Source: Podarcis melisellensis
Lineage: Eukaryota
Length of the DNA stretch: 64,000 nucleotides
Direction: 5' to 3' (one strand)
Assembly (NCBI GenBank): GCA_964234715.1
Contig: OZ174275.1
Of the stretch, positions 49,776 to 62,519 are shown piece by piece (within the stretch, counting starts at the first letter, position 1; every line of letters starts with the position of its first letter). A model generated the notes under the pieces. It had not been told where the DNA came from. It was given only the letters and a program-made list of their open reading frames with translations, and made no database searches. The position numbers were made by a program, and so were the translations under genes.

Positions 49776-50856
49776 CAGAAACAATTCAAGAAACACAGTG
49801 GGCAAATTTGAAGTGACTTCATTCAGTTTTATGGCACAAAAATAACTTAACTGGCAGCCACAGGCTTCTCTGGAAAGAGTGTATAAAATAGTTCCTTGTT
49901 GAGTAATAATTCTCTTTTTCCTTTAGGGCTATCAACAAAGATGTGACTTTTGTCATATTCGAATTCATTGCCATGTTGTTAAACCATCTGGTTTATTATT
50001 GATGCCCTTTCACTCATTGTTAGGTAGTTTCGTTTAGCTTTCACCTTTTAAAATGTTTTAATCAAAATATTTAGTTATTTTGTGTTTTAATATTATTTCC
50101 TTAACTTCTTTGACCACTTCTAGAGGTGCACAGGTACTTTCAATAAGCAACCCAATGAAAAAGAAAGTTAAGCCAGCAAAGTTCTCTTAAGCACCTTGGT
50201 CAGTTCGAGATAGGAAGTTGAATTTGAGTGCATTTTCTTAATACAGTTTTATATTTTATCTTTTTGGGAGTTCTGCTTCAGCATTATGTAGCAATCTCAA
50301 ATTATTGCACTTCAATTAACTTGAGACCTAGTCAAATAATTTAAGTCCCCTTACCAATGCATGCCAGCTGTTCTCCCAAGACAGACGTGTGATCTATCTG
50401 GATATGCGCTACATGAGTATGGCTGTCCATGCATAGGACTCCTTCCATGAGGATGTCAACCCTGGTCTGTCATGGAGACAGGCCCTCATTTGCATCTTCA
50501 GACTGACAGAGATGAGGAAGGGCACCACCATGCATCTGGCCTCCCATCAGTGGAGGCCCTGCCATTTAATGGGAGGGAAAGGTAGCCGAGAGGCCAATCC
50601 AGCCCTCCCAGTGCCCTCCCAGTAAGTGGCAGCAGCTTGACTTCCTGGAGGCAAGGTACACAGTGTTGCCCATCCTCACCAACCTGCTCCTGCCAACTTC
50701 AGGGGCATGGTCAGCATGCATGTCAGTATCCTGAGGGTGTGGATATTCCATGCGTTCACACATTAATTACTCTGGAGAACCAAAGGCCTGAACCAAAAGA
50801 CTTATCGTTGGGTGGAACTGTAAAGAACCCTTCTGGTAAAATTACTTTATCAAGTA

Positions 50857-51098
50857 CAGTGGTACCTCGGTTTTCAAACATAATCCGTTCCGGAAGACAG
50901 CTCAGCTTCCGAAACGTTCAAAAACTGAGGTGCAAAGGGCAGTCTGCAAATTCAATGGAGAAAATTGGGAGGGGGGCTCAGTGGAAGCTGTTCGACCTCC
51001 AAGGCGTGTTCAAAAATGGAAGCATTTACTTCCAGGTTTTTGCATTCAAAAACCAAAACGTTTGGCTTCCAAGACTCTCAAAAACCGAGGTTCCACTG
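50857..51098. mobile_element. Tigger-like MITE
   Basis: TA|cagtggtacctcggtttt...aaaaccgaggttccactg|TA. Confidence 0.9.
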
Positions 51099-51911
51099 TA
51101 GCCAAATGGATTGCGTGAAACAATCCCATGGTCAAACACACAAACACTTCCCTTTGTGTTGTTTTTGTCTGTTAAGATTATGTGATTTTTAAAAAAATGT
51201 CTCCCTTGAGAATCTGGTTTCCATTAACCAAATTAAAAGCTTCCTCAGTTCATGCCTCTTTGCCTCTTTCTACTAACTCACTGCCAGTGAATTATGGAAC
51301 GCTGTGACACTGCAATTTTAAACTGCTACTCTGGTGACCTCAAGAGGAGAAAATGCATTAATTAAATATGTTGCCAAGTTTACTTGGAAAGGAAGTTATT
51401 CATTCATGAAGCATTTAAAATATTTTTAAATGAATGAATGAAGCATTTTGAAGCATTTGCGTCATTTCTATATGTTAGATTTCTTGGAAACATTAAGGTT
51501 AGGGATTAGTTTTCCAGAACATTGTTGGCAGCGTTTAAAATGATTTCTCTGTTAATGATCTTTGGCACTACTAGTGAAAATATTTCCATTTGTTTATATT
51601 GCCCTCTCTTGTGTACTTTCTCAAATTGACTTCGTTTGCTCTCAGTGATGTCACCACAGGGCCAAATCTGATTGGCTATGTACTTCTATGATCGCTGATT
51701 GGCAGGCACCACCCATATGACTAAGAAAAGGGGAAGAAAGACACCGCAACCAGTGGAAACCCAAACAGCAGGGACAACAATGGAACCAATAAAAAAGAAG
51801 AAAAGTTTAATATTCGGTTTGGTGCTGATAAAACAGACTGATTCAACTTGGACCAATTAGGAGGCTCCTTTATTTGACTGGAGAATTACCCTTAGTTAAG
51901 AAATGTGCACA

Positions 51912-52273
51912 GGGACGCGGGTGGCGCTGTGTGTAAAACCTCAGCACCTAGGGCTTGCCGATCGCATGGTCGGCGGTTCGAATCCCCGCGGCGGGGTGAG
52001 CTCCCGTCTTTCGGTCCCAGCTCCTGCCCACCTAGCAGTTCAAAAGCTCCCCTAAGTGCAAGTAGATAAATAGGTACCGCTTTATAGCGGGAAGGTAAAC
52101 GGCGTTTCCGTATGCTGCGCTGGTGCCGGCTTGCCAGAGCAGCTTCGTCATGCTGGCCATGGGACCCGGAAGTGTCTCCGGACAGCGCTGGCCCCCAGCC
52201 TCTTAAGTGAGATGGGCACACAACCCTAGAGTCTGTCAAGACTTGCCCATACGGGCAGGGGTACCTTTACCTT
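51912..52273 (+). mobile_element. Sauria SINE, full length
   Basis: gggacgcgggtggcgctgt head, intact B-box; TSD ttaagaaatgtgc at 51896-51908 and 52274-52286. Confidence 0.97.
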
Positions 52274-52891
52274 TTAAGAAATGTGCCAAACTGCAGACAA
52301 TATGATTTTGGAGTCGAAAGAATTCAATTTCCAGGTAAAATGATTGCTTCTGATTACTTATTCAGAGTTCTGTTGGTACTCTCTCACCTCCCCATCTTTC
52401 TTTACAGTAGAGACATAGGTTTCACTCTTGCAAAGCTCTCCCAAAGTACTGGAGTACCGGTAATTCTCTAACTGCAAGCTGGAGTGTCAATAACAATAAG
52501 GCTCTGCCTCTGCACCCACTCTCTCCTTCAGTGTTTGCTTTCCCATCACCCTACCCTAATGTTATGGTAAGCTTAGATACATTGCTTTTGCTTTCAGCAG
52601 ACGCCTGCCTGCAGCATTATTTTGATGCCTGGATCAACGAGGTGCTACAAAGCACTTTAGGTCTCCTTGCCTCAATCTGTGCCTCCTGACAGAGATCTGA
52701 TTCACCATTGGCAAGGCCAAATTCCCTGGGGCATCCAGTTTCACCTCACAATTCATCACAATCTGATGCACAGCCCTAATTAATATTAACACAGGGGTAT
52801 TGGGAGAGGGGGCAAAATCACAAATTTTGGCCTGAAAAGCAAAGCCAGATAATACTTGGCACATTCCTAGTTAAGGTTGTAACTTCAAATA

Positions 52892-53134
52892 CAGTGGTAC
52901 CTCTGGTTACGTACTTAATTTGGTCCGGAGGTCTGTTCTTAACCTGAAACTGTTCTTAACCTGAAACACCACTTTAGCTAATGGGGCCTCCCGCTGCTGC
53001 CGCACCGCCAGAGCACGATTTCTGTTCATTATCCTGAAGCAAAGTTCTTAACCTGAAGCACTATTTCTGGGTTAGCGGAGTCTGTAACCTGAAGCTTATG
53101 TAACCTGAAGCATATCTAACCTGAGGTACCACTG
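52892..53134. mobile_element. Tigger-like MITE
   Basis: TA|cagtggtacctc...gaggtaccactg|TA; opposite orientation to the 14510 copy. Confidence 0.92.
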
Positions 53135-53245
53135 TAATTCTGGTTTTGAAATAGATTTAATTATTCTTTAAAAATTGGCACATACCCATAGTATATTATG
53201 TACAAATACCACCCTACTTAAAGGTTGGAGATAAGCACAATGTTA

Positions 53246-53487
53246 CAGTGGTACCTCGGGTTAAGAACTTAATTCATTCTGGAGGTCCGTTCTTAACCTG
53301 AAACTGCTCTTAACCTGAGGTACCACTTTAGCTAATGGGGCCTTCTGTTGCTGCCCCGCCGCCACTGCACAATTTCTGTTCTCATCCTGAAGCAAAGTTT
53401 TTAACCCGAGGTACTATTTCTGGGTTAGCGGAGTCTGTAACCTGAAGCATCTGTAACCTGAAGCATCTGTAACCCGAGGTACCACTG
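53246..53487. mobile_element. Tigger-like MITE
   Basis: TA|cagtggtacctcggg...cccgaggtaccactg|TA. Confidence 0.92.
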
Positions 53488-55459
53488 TACTGTGCTGTTT
53501 ACCATATTATTATGCTACTTTGAAGTTCAGTTTTACATGGAAGGAGTCTTTTGACACTCAGCAGCTAAAGCCTTCTGCACAAAACAGTATGTCATTGTTC
53601 CCCTCTAATAAGCAGAATGACCTTTCTTAAATTCCTACTGAGTAACCTGTGTTTTTAATGTGACGCCTTTCAAAAAATATCACAGGGACATGCTAATAGC
53701 AGGAGCAAAGAGCAAAGATAATGAGCATTCAAGTTTGTGTGTCTTTGGCTAAAACCTAAGACTGGATGGAGAGAGAAACCCCAGTTGTTGATTCTGTGAG
53801 CCTTTGCTAAAGACAGGCAGCTACCCACAGACATTTCTGCGGATGGATGATAACACCTCTCCCCAAATGCTAAGCCTTAGCAATGTAATTGTATGGCTGG
53901 GTTGGAGCCCATATTAGCTTCCCAGCAGTTGGGTAGCTGTTGCTTACAAAAAGGGAGAGGGATGAGATGGCAATAAGGTGGGCAAACACACCACTAAATA
54001 GCACAAGATTGGCTCTGCCACCGCATTTGCACTGTGCTGACCTCCCTGCCACCTCTCCGCTTTCCGTCTTCCTCCTGGTGAGCAACAGTGAGCCACCTGC
54101 CAGGAAGCTAGCATAGCCCCCACCTGAGCTGCTTCTGGGATCAACTGTATTATGGGTATGGTTGGTGGAAATGCCTGAGAACGAGATCCGTATGTGGAAG
54201 GGTAATAAGGATGTGCTTGGGAAATGTTACTGTGCCAGAAAGTACGGGTGCAGCTTCTATTTGAGTTATTTGGTTTAGCTGCTAACAATGCTTTAATGCA
54301 TGGGGTTTTTATTTGATTTTTACTTGCAATGTTTTCTGACATTTAAGAGGATGCCTTGTTTTGCTGCTAATTATGCTGCATTAATGAGGATTTTTTTAAA
54401 ATTTTGAACAAATGATTTGTCTGTGTAACGTTTTCTTCTGGGATTTTGGACTGCTGTATTTCAAAATATGCTGTAAACCGCTTAAGGTGTTTGGGTTGTT
54501 TTCCTTCCAAAAACTGTAAAGTGGGATACAAATGATGTAAAATAAATAAGTGACTTCATTGATGTGATATAGTGGCAACCATAAAAGGGAGAATGGATAC
54601 CTCAACTACTGAAAACATAAAACACAACTAGGTCTGTCCCAGAAAAAGAGCTTTGGTGGGCAAAAGTAGCCTCCTTCTTTAAGAATGAGTGGTGGCCTTG
54701 TCTTCTAGGGCCTCTGTGAAAAAGGCATGACACCTAGAGCACTTGATGCTTCACTTGGTGCAGCAATTTCCATGATCTTCTGTGTTATGAGACTCTAGGC
54801 ATTTGATTAGACTTTAATGCCCAAACCTTGGCCCTCTGAAAGCAGTGCAGGCTTTTCATCAATAATTGCAATGTGTGTTTGCTCAGTGACTTACACCAGA
54901 TCTTTTGTGGCAATAAAGGAAACAATAGTTGCTCTCTAGAGGAGTTTTGGTGGAGACTTTTATGAATTCCATGTCTGCTTTGATATCCGGGAAACTCATT
55001 TTCCAGCAATAAAAAAAGCTATCTCTGCAGAAAGTTCTTCCTTTTTTACTTCTTGGTTAATTTCCTATGGGAGGAATAAACCAACTGGTCACATTGAAAC
55101 AGTGAGCAAGATCTTCAGAGTAGCAGAATTCTATGTTTGCTAGTGGTGGTATCGAAATAGTTTCTCTGCCTAGATATGGAAAACATTGGGTTAGACACAT
55201 GGTTCCCAGTTTGGTCTGTCTGGGTGCTATTCAGTTAATGTTTGCTCATCACAAACCCACAGAAAGTAATGGACCTAACTTAGTCAGGTTCATTAATTTC
55301 AATGGGTCTACTCTGAGTACATGCTAGTTGAATTCCTCACTCTGTGTTGTAGATATGCAGCAAGCTTTCACTTATTTCATCATCATCTTATGGGCAGAAC
55401 CAGTGGTCTGTCTGCATGCTAGCCCGACAGTACATTTAGTGCAATATTTTGTTTCTGTC

Positions 55460-55790
55460 ATCAGTGTTAGTTGGGTGCATTTGGAATATCGCCTTCTGTT
55501 CCGGTAGCCTCCCCTCAAAAAGGATATTGCAGAGTTGGGAAAAGTTCAGAAAAGGGCAACAAAAATGACCAAGGGGGATGGAGTAGCTCACTTATGTGGG
55601 AAACTCGAGAAAAGGTAAGAGACAAGTTGATAAAAGTGGGTACAAATTATGCATGGCATGAAGAAACCGGGTAGAGAAAAGCTTTTCTCCTCTCAAACCC
55701 TTGAATTTGTTCAGCATTGAGGACAGGCAAAAAGTGCTTCTCCACACAGTGCATAGTTAAACTCTGGAATCTGCTCCAATTTGGATGGCA
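55460..55790 (+). mobile_element. Old CR1 fragment
   Basis: ctcaaaaaggatattgcagagttgggaaaagttcagaaaagggcaacaaaaatga (LKKDIAELEKVQKRATKM-like). Confidence 0.7.
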
Positions 55791-58786
55791 TGAGCGTTCT
55801 GTGTTCATCTCATAAGTCCCCGAGTTTGCTCTGTCAGAATAGATGTCAGACAGCTTCCAGGAATGCTGTTTTCTGAATCAGAACATCCAAAAAAATGTAT
55901 GTATAGCTTGTACTGATACCATCAACAGAGCCAATTGGGGCATGGGGTCAGGAGGGCCATTAGGCCTGGAGCCTCCAACTCAAAGCAGACCTCAAATTTA
56001 GACTCTTTCCCCCCTCTTCATTTTGTGGCCTTTGATGAGTTGCACAACTCGTTTTTATGCACACAAGACCAAACTGTGACACAGTCCTCTCAGGCTACAA
56101 AAGTGTTTGTTACATATAAAAACATCAAATTATCTACCACTCTATTTTTGGTGCCATGCAATTATGGCTAGAGGCTTCAAAAAGCTGGAAGTGGTTCTTT
56201 GGAGCTTTCAAAGGGCCTGGCCATAAACATGTCTGCAGAAAGATTTAGGCAGCCATATTCTGAAATCTCCCCGAAGTGTTAAATCATACCCTTCTCGTAC
56301 AGCATGCAAGCGAGAGACTAATGATGAATAGCATGCATTAATAAGTGCTACCTGCAATTTCTGCTTCGATGAGAAACGGGAATGGAATCACGGTCCCTGC
56401 TGTTTAAAATGCCATTCATGAACTTCAAGAATCCCATTTTCCAATTGCATATCTTTATATCTCACTTGAGGGAGGTTCCACTTATGTACAAATCAAACAG
56501 ATTTGAAATGTAAAAATACCTCCTACAGTTTTATAAAATAACATTATTACAATTTAATCTGTAAAATAAAAACTCTGGTTATTGACTGTATAAAGTAAGC
56601 ATCTTTCACCCTTTAAAGTGGCCACCAGGAGAGATGGGCAAAGGTTTAATTTTATTCAACAAACAGGATAAATCCACAGACATCCATTTGATGCAAATGA
56701 TTACCTAAGGTCTAATTGTCTGAGTAGGAGAAGAAGGTGTGCAATTGACTGATGTTTTGCATTCTTGTTCTGTACTGGGAATTTAAACAAAAAAAAATAA
56801 TGCCTTCTGACTATAAACAGAAAAAAGATTTGATGGGGAATAATTATGGGAAAGTAGCATGTCATTTTAAAATGCAATTTTGTAACAGTAATCACAGATA
56901 ATTCTATTGTGTGGTGCTTGGAGGGACCTTACAGGAGTAAGGTCTTGGATATTTTCTTGAGTAGGTTGGAAAGCTGTTCTAAGAGTCTTCTAAAATTGTG
57001 ATAAATGGGTCTGGGAAACTCTAGCACAGCACAGAGTAACAAAACAAGAAGCTAAACTACATTATATTCCAAAAGAACAGCAAGGAAAACATAAATCAGA
57101 AAGTTGGGAAAGATGTTACAAATCTTCAAAATTTCTTTGTAAACCCCACTACTGAATTGGTGTCAATAATTGTGCTCTCATTGTTGCCCCTAAAGTGATT
57201 ATTGCCTTTGTGCTGTTCTCTTACAGTAGATCATATAAATAACTACTTTTAAAACCCAGTGCTTCAGCTTTTGGAACCCTACGTCTTGCAAAAGTTGATG
57301 CTATAGATAGTCACTCGGTATTTGCAAGCAGCTTAGGCTGAAGTCTGCACGATGACCACCTCATCTATGCTAATAAGCCTCACCCATCTTCTTCAAGATA
57401 TTGTTAACCATCCATCTGGTAGGAGTGGAAACAGGTCGGCTTCTAGCTCATTTCCCTCTCCTGCTAGGAGTATCTGGGATCAAATTTCAGTCCAAAAATT
57501 CAGAGACTGCAAGAGGACAAATTCTTAGACACCAAGGATAGAACTTCACCACTAAATACTGTCAGGAAAAATATTTGTAAGGTAAATGACCAAATGTCAC
57601 AGATTTATGGTGATGCCTAATATTTAAAGTAATCTACTGTATGTTTTGGGAAGTTGTCTTTTCACTATGTATTTGGACACCTCTTAAGATATCAAAAACA
57701 AATTTGCATGATGGTGCCCTGCTACCCATGTGTGTTTCTGCGTCTAACCAACTAATCAATATCTATCTAGTTTATTTTCTGATAGATAAAAATATGTTCA
57801 AGCTGTCAAACCCCTTCCATTTCTTCTTTGGTGTCTTTCATATGAACAGGAGGAACTTCCCCTCCATTTCTTCCATAATGTACCCCCCTCCACACCCAAA
57901 CCCGCTCCAATGGATTGGGGGAACTCCCAGAACACATTTGGTGGGTGGACACAGGGAGAGAAGAGTTCCATTCTCTAAGCGGAAGCTCTTGAACAAACGC
58001 TGAAAAGTATAGCAATCTGCTTTAGTTTGTTTCAAGTATCCCAAAGTCCTGTGGTTGCTGGGCTTGAAGCTGGGGCCTACCTGATCTCTGCATGTTACCA
58101 AGCATAGCATTAATAAACATTGGCATAGAACAAATTGGCAAACTGTTTTTTTCCATGAAACAATGTTTTTCGATCTAATTATATAGCTATGTGCTCAAAT
58201 CTGAAGATGTTTTCTTCTTTCACTTGTACAAAATAATGGATTACCTCCTAGAAAATGAGATAAAGGAGAAGGGAAACTTTAGACTACACTTTTCAGATGA
58301 GCTTTATAGCTCAGTTCTAAGGTTTATGCCAAATTAAAAGTATATAAAGAATGTGTATAATGATGAACCAGCTTTTTACGTGGGTCCCCCTGCCCCTGAT
58401 GCTATTCAGTTCCAACTCCCATCAGTTCCAGCCTGCGTTGCCATTGCTCCAGAATGAAGGAAGTCCTAGTTCAACAACATCCAGACAGTGTACTGCTGGC
58501 CACCTCTGTTTTAACAAGTTGTTATTAATAGTGGTAGTGGGCAACCAATGAAACTGTTTTATTATCCTGCATTATATTAATTGTTTCCATGCGCCTCATC
58601 ACATGTCATAAAAAAACAACCCACCAACAGCATCAAGCAGCTTCCAAATATGTATAAAACACTAAAATAAATTCTCTGTTTGGTTTCAGACCAGACAACA
58701 CACATTACTTCTCCTTGTGAAGATTAGTTCTGAGGTAGATAAAGGACAGCTCACCCGGTGGGCTAAAGGAAAAGAGGGAGTCTATC

Positions 58787-58935
58787 GCTCAGCTGGTTAG
58801 AGCGTGGTGCTGGTAATGCCAATGTTGCAGGTTCAATCCCTGAATGGGACAGCTGTGTATTCCTGCATGGCAGAGGGTTGGACTAGATGACCCTCAGGAT
58901 CCCTTCCAACTCCACAATTCTATGATTCTATGAAT
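58787..58935 (+). mobile_element. SINE with tRNA-Ile-like head and CR1-derived tail
   Basis: gctcagctggttagagcgtggtgctggtaatgccaatgttgcaggttcaatccc (tRNA-Ile-like) joined to gggttggactagatgacc...ttccaactccacaattctatgattctatga; tctat(c/t)gct on both flanks. Confidence 0.85.
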
Positions 58936-59101
58936 TCTATTGCTATTGGCTGAATCAGGAATGGGCAGCCTGTCCAGGTTTGTCTCTGCCTTCACCCATC
59001 ACTGGCTCCAGCCTCACCTACTGCTGGCATGCAGCCTCTATCAGATTACTCCAACCCAAAAGTGTTAAGTAATCATTTGCAGGGGTTGAGGTTATTGATG
59101 G

Positions 59102-59102
<1 letters not shown>

Positions 59103-59145
<43 letters not shown>

Positions 59146-59208
59146 TAGGTTTTTTGTACCCCTCCCATCTTATTGGGTTGCCCCAACCACTCTGTGTGAC
59201 TTCCAACA
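59103..59208 (-). mobile_element. L2 3' terminal fragment with (AAT)n tail
   Basis: (AAT)n then cccatct...gggttgccccaaccactctg. Confidence 0.7.
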
Positions 59209-60282
59209 GAATATATGCCAGCCTTCAGGAGCTTCTCCTCCCTTTCAATGGAGAAGGTAGCAACCTGCAATTGGAGTGAATGGATCATCATCTAGGTGTC
59301 ACCCAGGACCATCCAGAAACATGATCTGAGGGCATGGAGATTTACAATGCACTGGCAGCAATCCACACAGTTGGTTGCATGCAGCTAAGCTTTATTCAGA
59401 GCAGACCCACTGAAATAATTAGGCATGACTCACTTAGGTCCATTAATTTCAATGGGTTAACACTGAATTGGCTACCATTTGGTATGTCCAAATGTAAAAG
59501 CTCTGGAAAGGGCCACATGCTGTTTTCAGTGGCCTCCCTTTGACAGCATGAGCCATATATACAAGCACCCACAATTGCTAGAGCTTAGCATTTTTCCCCC
59601 TGCCAGAATTGTGTCTCCTGCAATCTGATAGCAAGTCGGTGTCTAACAATCTCGCCATGCAATATTCTGTGGGTAAATATTTTTAAACTCTTGAATCAAG
59701 GAATGATGAAATATTTAACCGTAGAGCAGCTTCTAATGAGCTGAGAAAATGGTTATCCTGCAGCTCTAAAGGCCTTTTTGTTTGCTTATCAATCCCCGTG
59801 ATCTTGTTTTTATGAGCTGTCTGCTAGCGATAGTGTCCTCAGAGAAGTGGGTCTCTCATCCCCTGCAGATGAAGTGGCTTTTGTCTGTAAGGAGTGTAGG
59901 CACAGAATCTAGTGGGAAGTTCTCCTGCCCATATGCCATTGAAATACACGGAGGCCCGGCAAAAGCACAGTAGTACTACACTCACAAACCTCTTCTGCCA
60001 TACAATTTTCTACCTGTGTTACACGTAGGTGATGGGCAGCAGCCTCAAAAGCACTCAACCTTGGTTCTCAATGATCCCCTTCAAGCTAATTTACCTCTGG
60101 AACACTAATGGGACCATTTAAAACCAACCCTTCTGAATGCCAGATCCTACAGTGGAGTAGCAACAAAAGCGATGCCAGATTAATTGAACAAGGGAAGCAC
60201 AGAAACATTGTACTGGTCCATCTGTACTTATTATTCCCACTACCACAATATTTTTTTATTGAAATGCAGAGAGGATGTTGAT

Positions 60283-61140
60283 GATTTATTAAATTTCTGT
60301 TCCACCCTTCATCCGAAGATCACAGGGCATTTTACAATAAAAACACATCAGAATGTATAGCATAGTAACAAACAAAAACAATACCCCACCCCAGCTTAAA
60401 AGGCCGTACATTGTTTAATTAGCCAAAGGCCTAGGAGAAGAGGAATGTTTTCACCTAAAGATATGCAATGAAGGCACCAGGTGAACCTCGCTGGGGAGAG
60501 CATTGCACAAACGGGGAACTACCACAGAAAAGGCCCATTCTCATCTTGATGCCCTTGAGAACTCTCATGGAGGAGGCACGTGAAGATAGGCCTCAGATGA
60601 GCATCATGGGGTCTAGGTCAGTTCATATGGGGAGAGGTGGTCCTAGGTATCGCAGTCCTGTGCTGTTTAAGGCTTTAAAGGTCAAAAATAGCACTTTAAA
60701 TTGGGCCCGGAAACTAATTGGCAGCCGGCACAGTTGGACCAGGATTGGTGTTATATGCTCAAACCGGTGAGCAACCCGGCCACTGAGTTCTGCACCAGCT
60801 GAAGTTTCTGAACCTTCTTCAGAAGTAGTCCCATGTATAATGCATTGCAGTAATCCAACCTAGAGGTTACCAAAGCATACGTGACAGATAGGGGCATAGC
60901 TGGGCCACCATACAAAGCTGATGGAAGGCACTCTGCACCACTGAGGCTACCTGAGCCTCAAACGACAATAATGGATCCAGACATACTCCCAAACTGCATA
61001 CCCGCTCCTTCAGAGGGAGTGTAACCCCATCCAGAGCAGGCAAACTTGCATGCATCTTGTCTAGGGAACCACCCACTAGCAGTGCTTCAGTCTTATCTGG
61101 ATTGAGCTTCAGTTTCATGGCTCTCATCCAGTCCATTACC
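60283..61140 (-). mobile_element. Older L2 LINE 3' portion
   Basis: ORF 60867-61289 contains VMDWMRAMKLKLNPDKTEALLVG...SLGVCLDPLLSFEAQV. Confidence 0.88.
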
Positions 61141-61699
61141 AAAGCAAAAGATGTGTTGGCAGAAGGATGCTTGCAAAAGGGGACTTTTCCATCTCTCACT
61201 ACGGCAAATATCTGCACTGCCGCAACAACAAATGTTCTCCAAAGGGTCAAGGAAACCACTTGAGCAGTGTTGGGTGAGGCTGGGTTCAAATACCTAATGA
61301 CAAAGGAAAGGAAATTTCTCCAGGCTGTTCATTACTTAGAGTAAGCCACTTTGCCTGGAAGTGGGGGTAGGAAGTCTAACCCATGTTGAAAACATCAGCT
61401 GGCGAATACTGATCATTCTGTGCTCCTTACTAGTAACATCAGTGCTGAAAATCAAGGAGGAGACTTGAAAAGAATATATTTTCTTCTGATGAATTGTTGA
61501 TGTCCTCCTCTGTCTGGAGATGTCTTTGAAAACAAATAAACTTGTTGGAAGGGGACCTGAGAAATGACTCTTCCATCCCAAGTCTATCTGGGCTGTTTCT
61601 CAGAGCTGAAGTCATTTCTTTCATTTGTCTGAAGTTTGCAATCTTACATACATGCGAAATGAAGTTTCACCTTTGCAAACATACTCCCCACCACCCAGA

Positions 61700-61831
61700 A
61701 CCCAAATACTTCAATTTTATGTGGAGGCGCAATGTCAGGCCCAAAGTCACCTTTATGGCCAAGTGAAGACCTGAACCTTGGTCTCCCGGTTCCTAGTCTG
61801 ACAGTCTAAGCATTACATCACACTGGCTCTC
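61700..61831 (-). mobile_element. Degraded Squam3-like SINE
   Basis: Ends cattacatcacactggctctc (reverse complement of the head). Confidence 0.65.
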
Positions 61832-61885
61832 ATTTTGTTGCAAGTCCACTTACATATATGGACAACATGACCTGTTACTGGACCA

Positions 61886-62034
61886 CAGGAGCCTGCCTTA
61901 TTCTCAGTCAGACCATCAAGTCCAGTATTGTCCCTGCAGACTGGCAGCAGTTCTCCAGTGTTCCATCCTTACCTGGAGATGCCATTGGATGCATGCAAAG
62001 AAGAAGTTCTACCACTTAGCTACAGCCCTTCCCC
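61886..62034 (-). mobile_element. Degraded SINE with tRNA-Ala-like head and older CR1-type tail
   Basis: Minus strand ggggaagggctgtagctaagtggtagaac...ttgcatgc...ggcatctccagg...tggtctgactgagaataaggcagg. Confidence 0.6.
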
Positions 62035-62214
62035 CAAGTTATCATGGGGAAATAGCCAAAATATGGCTGCTAAGAAACAAGTGTGAGCTGTCAACATAGG
62101 GGAACTCGAAGGTTTCACAGAAGAAATAAACATTTGGGGGGGGAAGCCTAAGAGAAGCACACCCACACCAGCCGGACGAGGACTGAGCATGCCCACGGGG
62201 CACAGAATACAAAG

Positions 62215-62368
62215 GCTACACCCACATCATACCTTTAAAGCACATGGTTCCCCCAGAGAAGTGGAGTTTGTTAAGGATACTGGGAATTGCAGCTCTGTGA
62301 GGAGTCAACTCCAGCTCCCAGTATTCTATGTTGAGGGAACCATGTGCTTTAAATATGGCGTGGATGCT
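62215..62368. mobile_element. Palindromic MITE-like element
   Basis: tttaaagcacatggttccc / gggaaccatgtgctttaaa inverted; inner atactggga / tcccagtat. Confidence 0.7.
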
Positions 62369-62519
62369 CAATTCATGTCTTCTGCAGGGAAGATGGGAGT
62401 GGACTATTCTGAAAGAAGACGTGGGTAGCTGGAACACTGAAGAAGAATTCTCTACACTGCAACTTTTTATTGCTTGTCTCTCTTGTACGTTTGTAGTGCC
62501 AAGCTGATTAACCACCAGT

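Noticed and set aside
50400-50750. GC-richer segment possibly from a retroelement UTR
   Set aside because: No diagnostic motif or boundaries that I can support.
5011-52239. Recurrent short ORFs with MASMTKPLL / VPIYLLAL / GSSPRxGDSN motifs
   Set aside because: Translations of non-coding Sauria SINE copies.
58787-58850. Possible tRNA-Ile gene
   Set aside because: 5' acceptor stem missing, anticodon arm mutated, fused to a CR1 tail; it is a SINE head.
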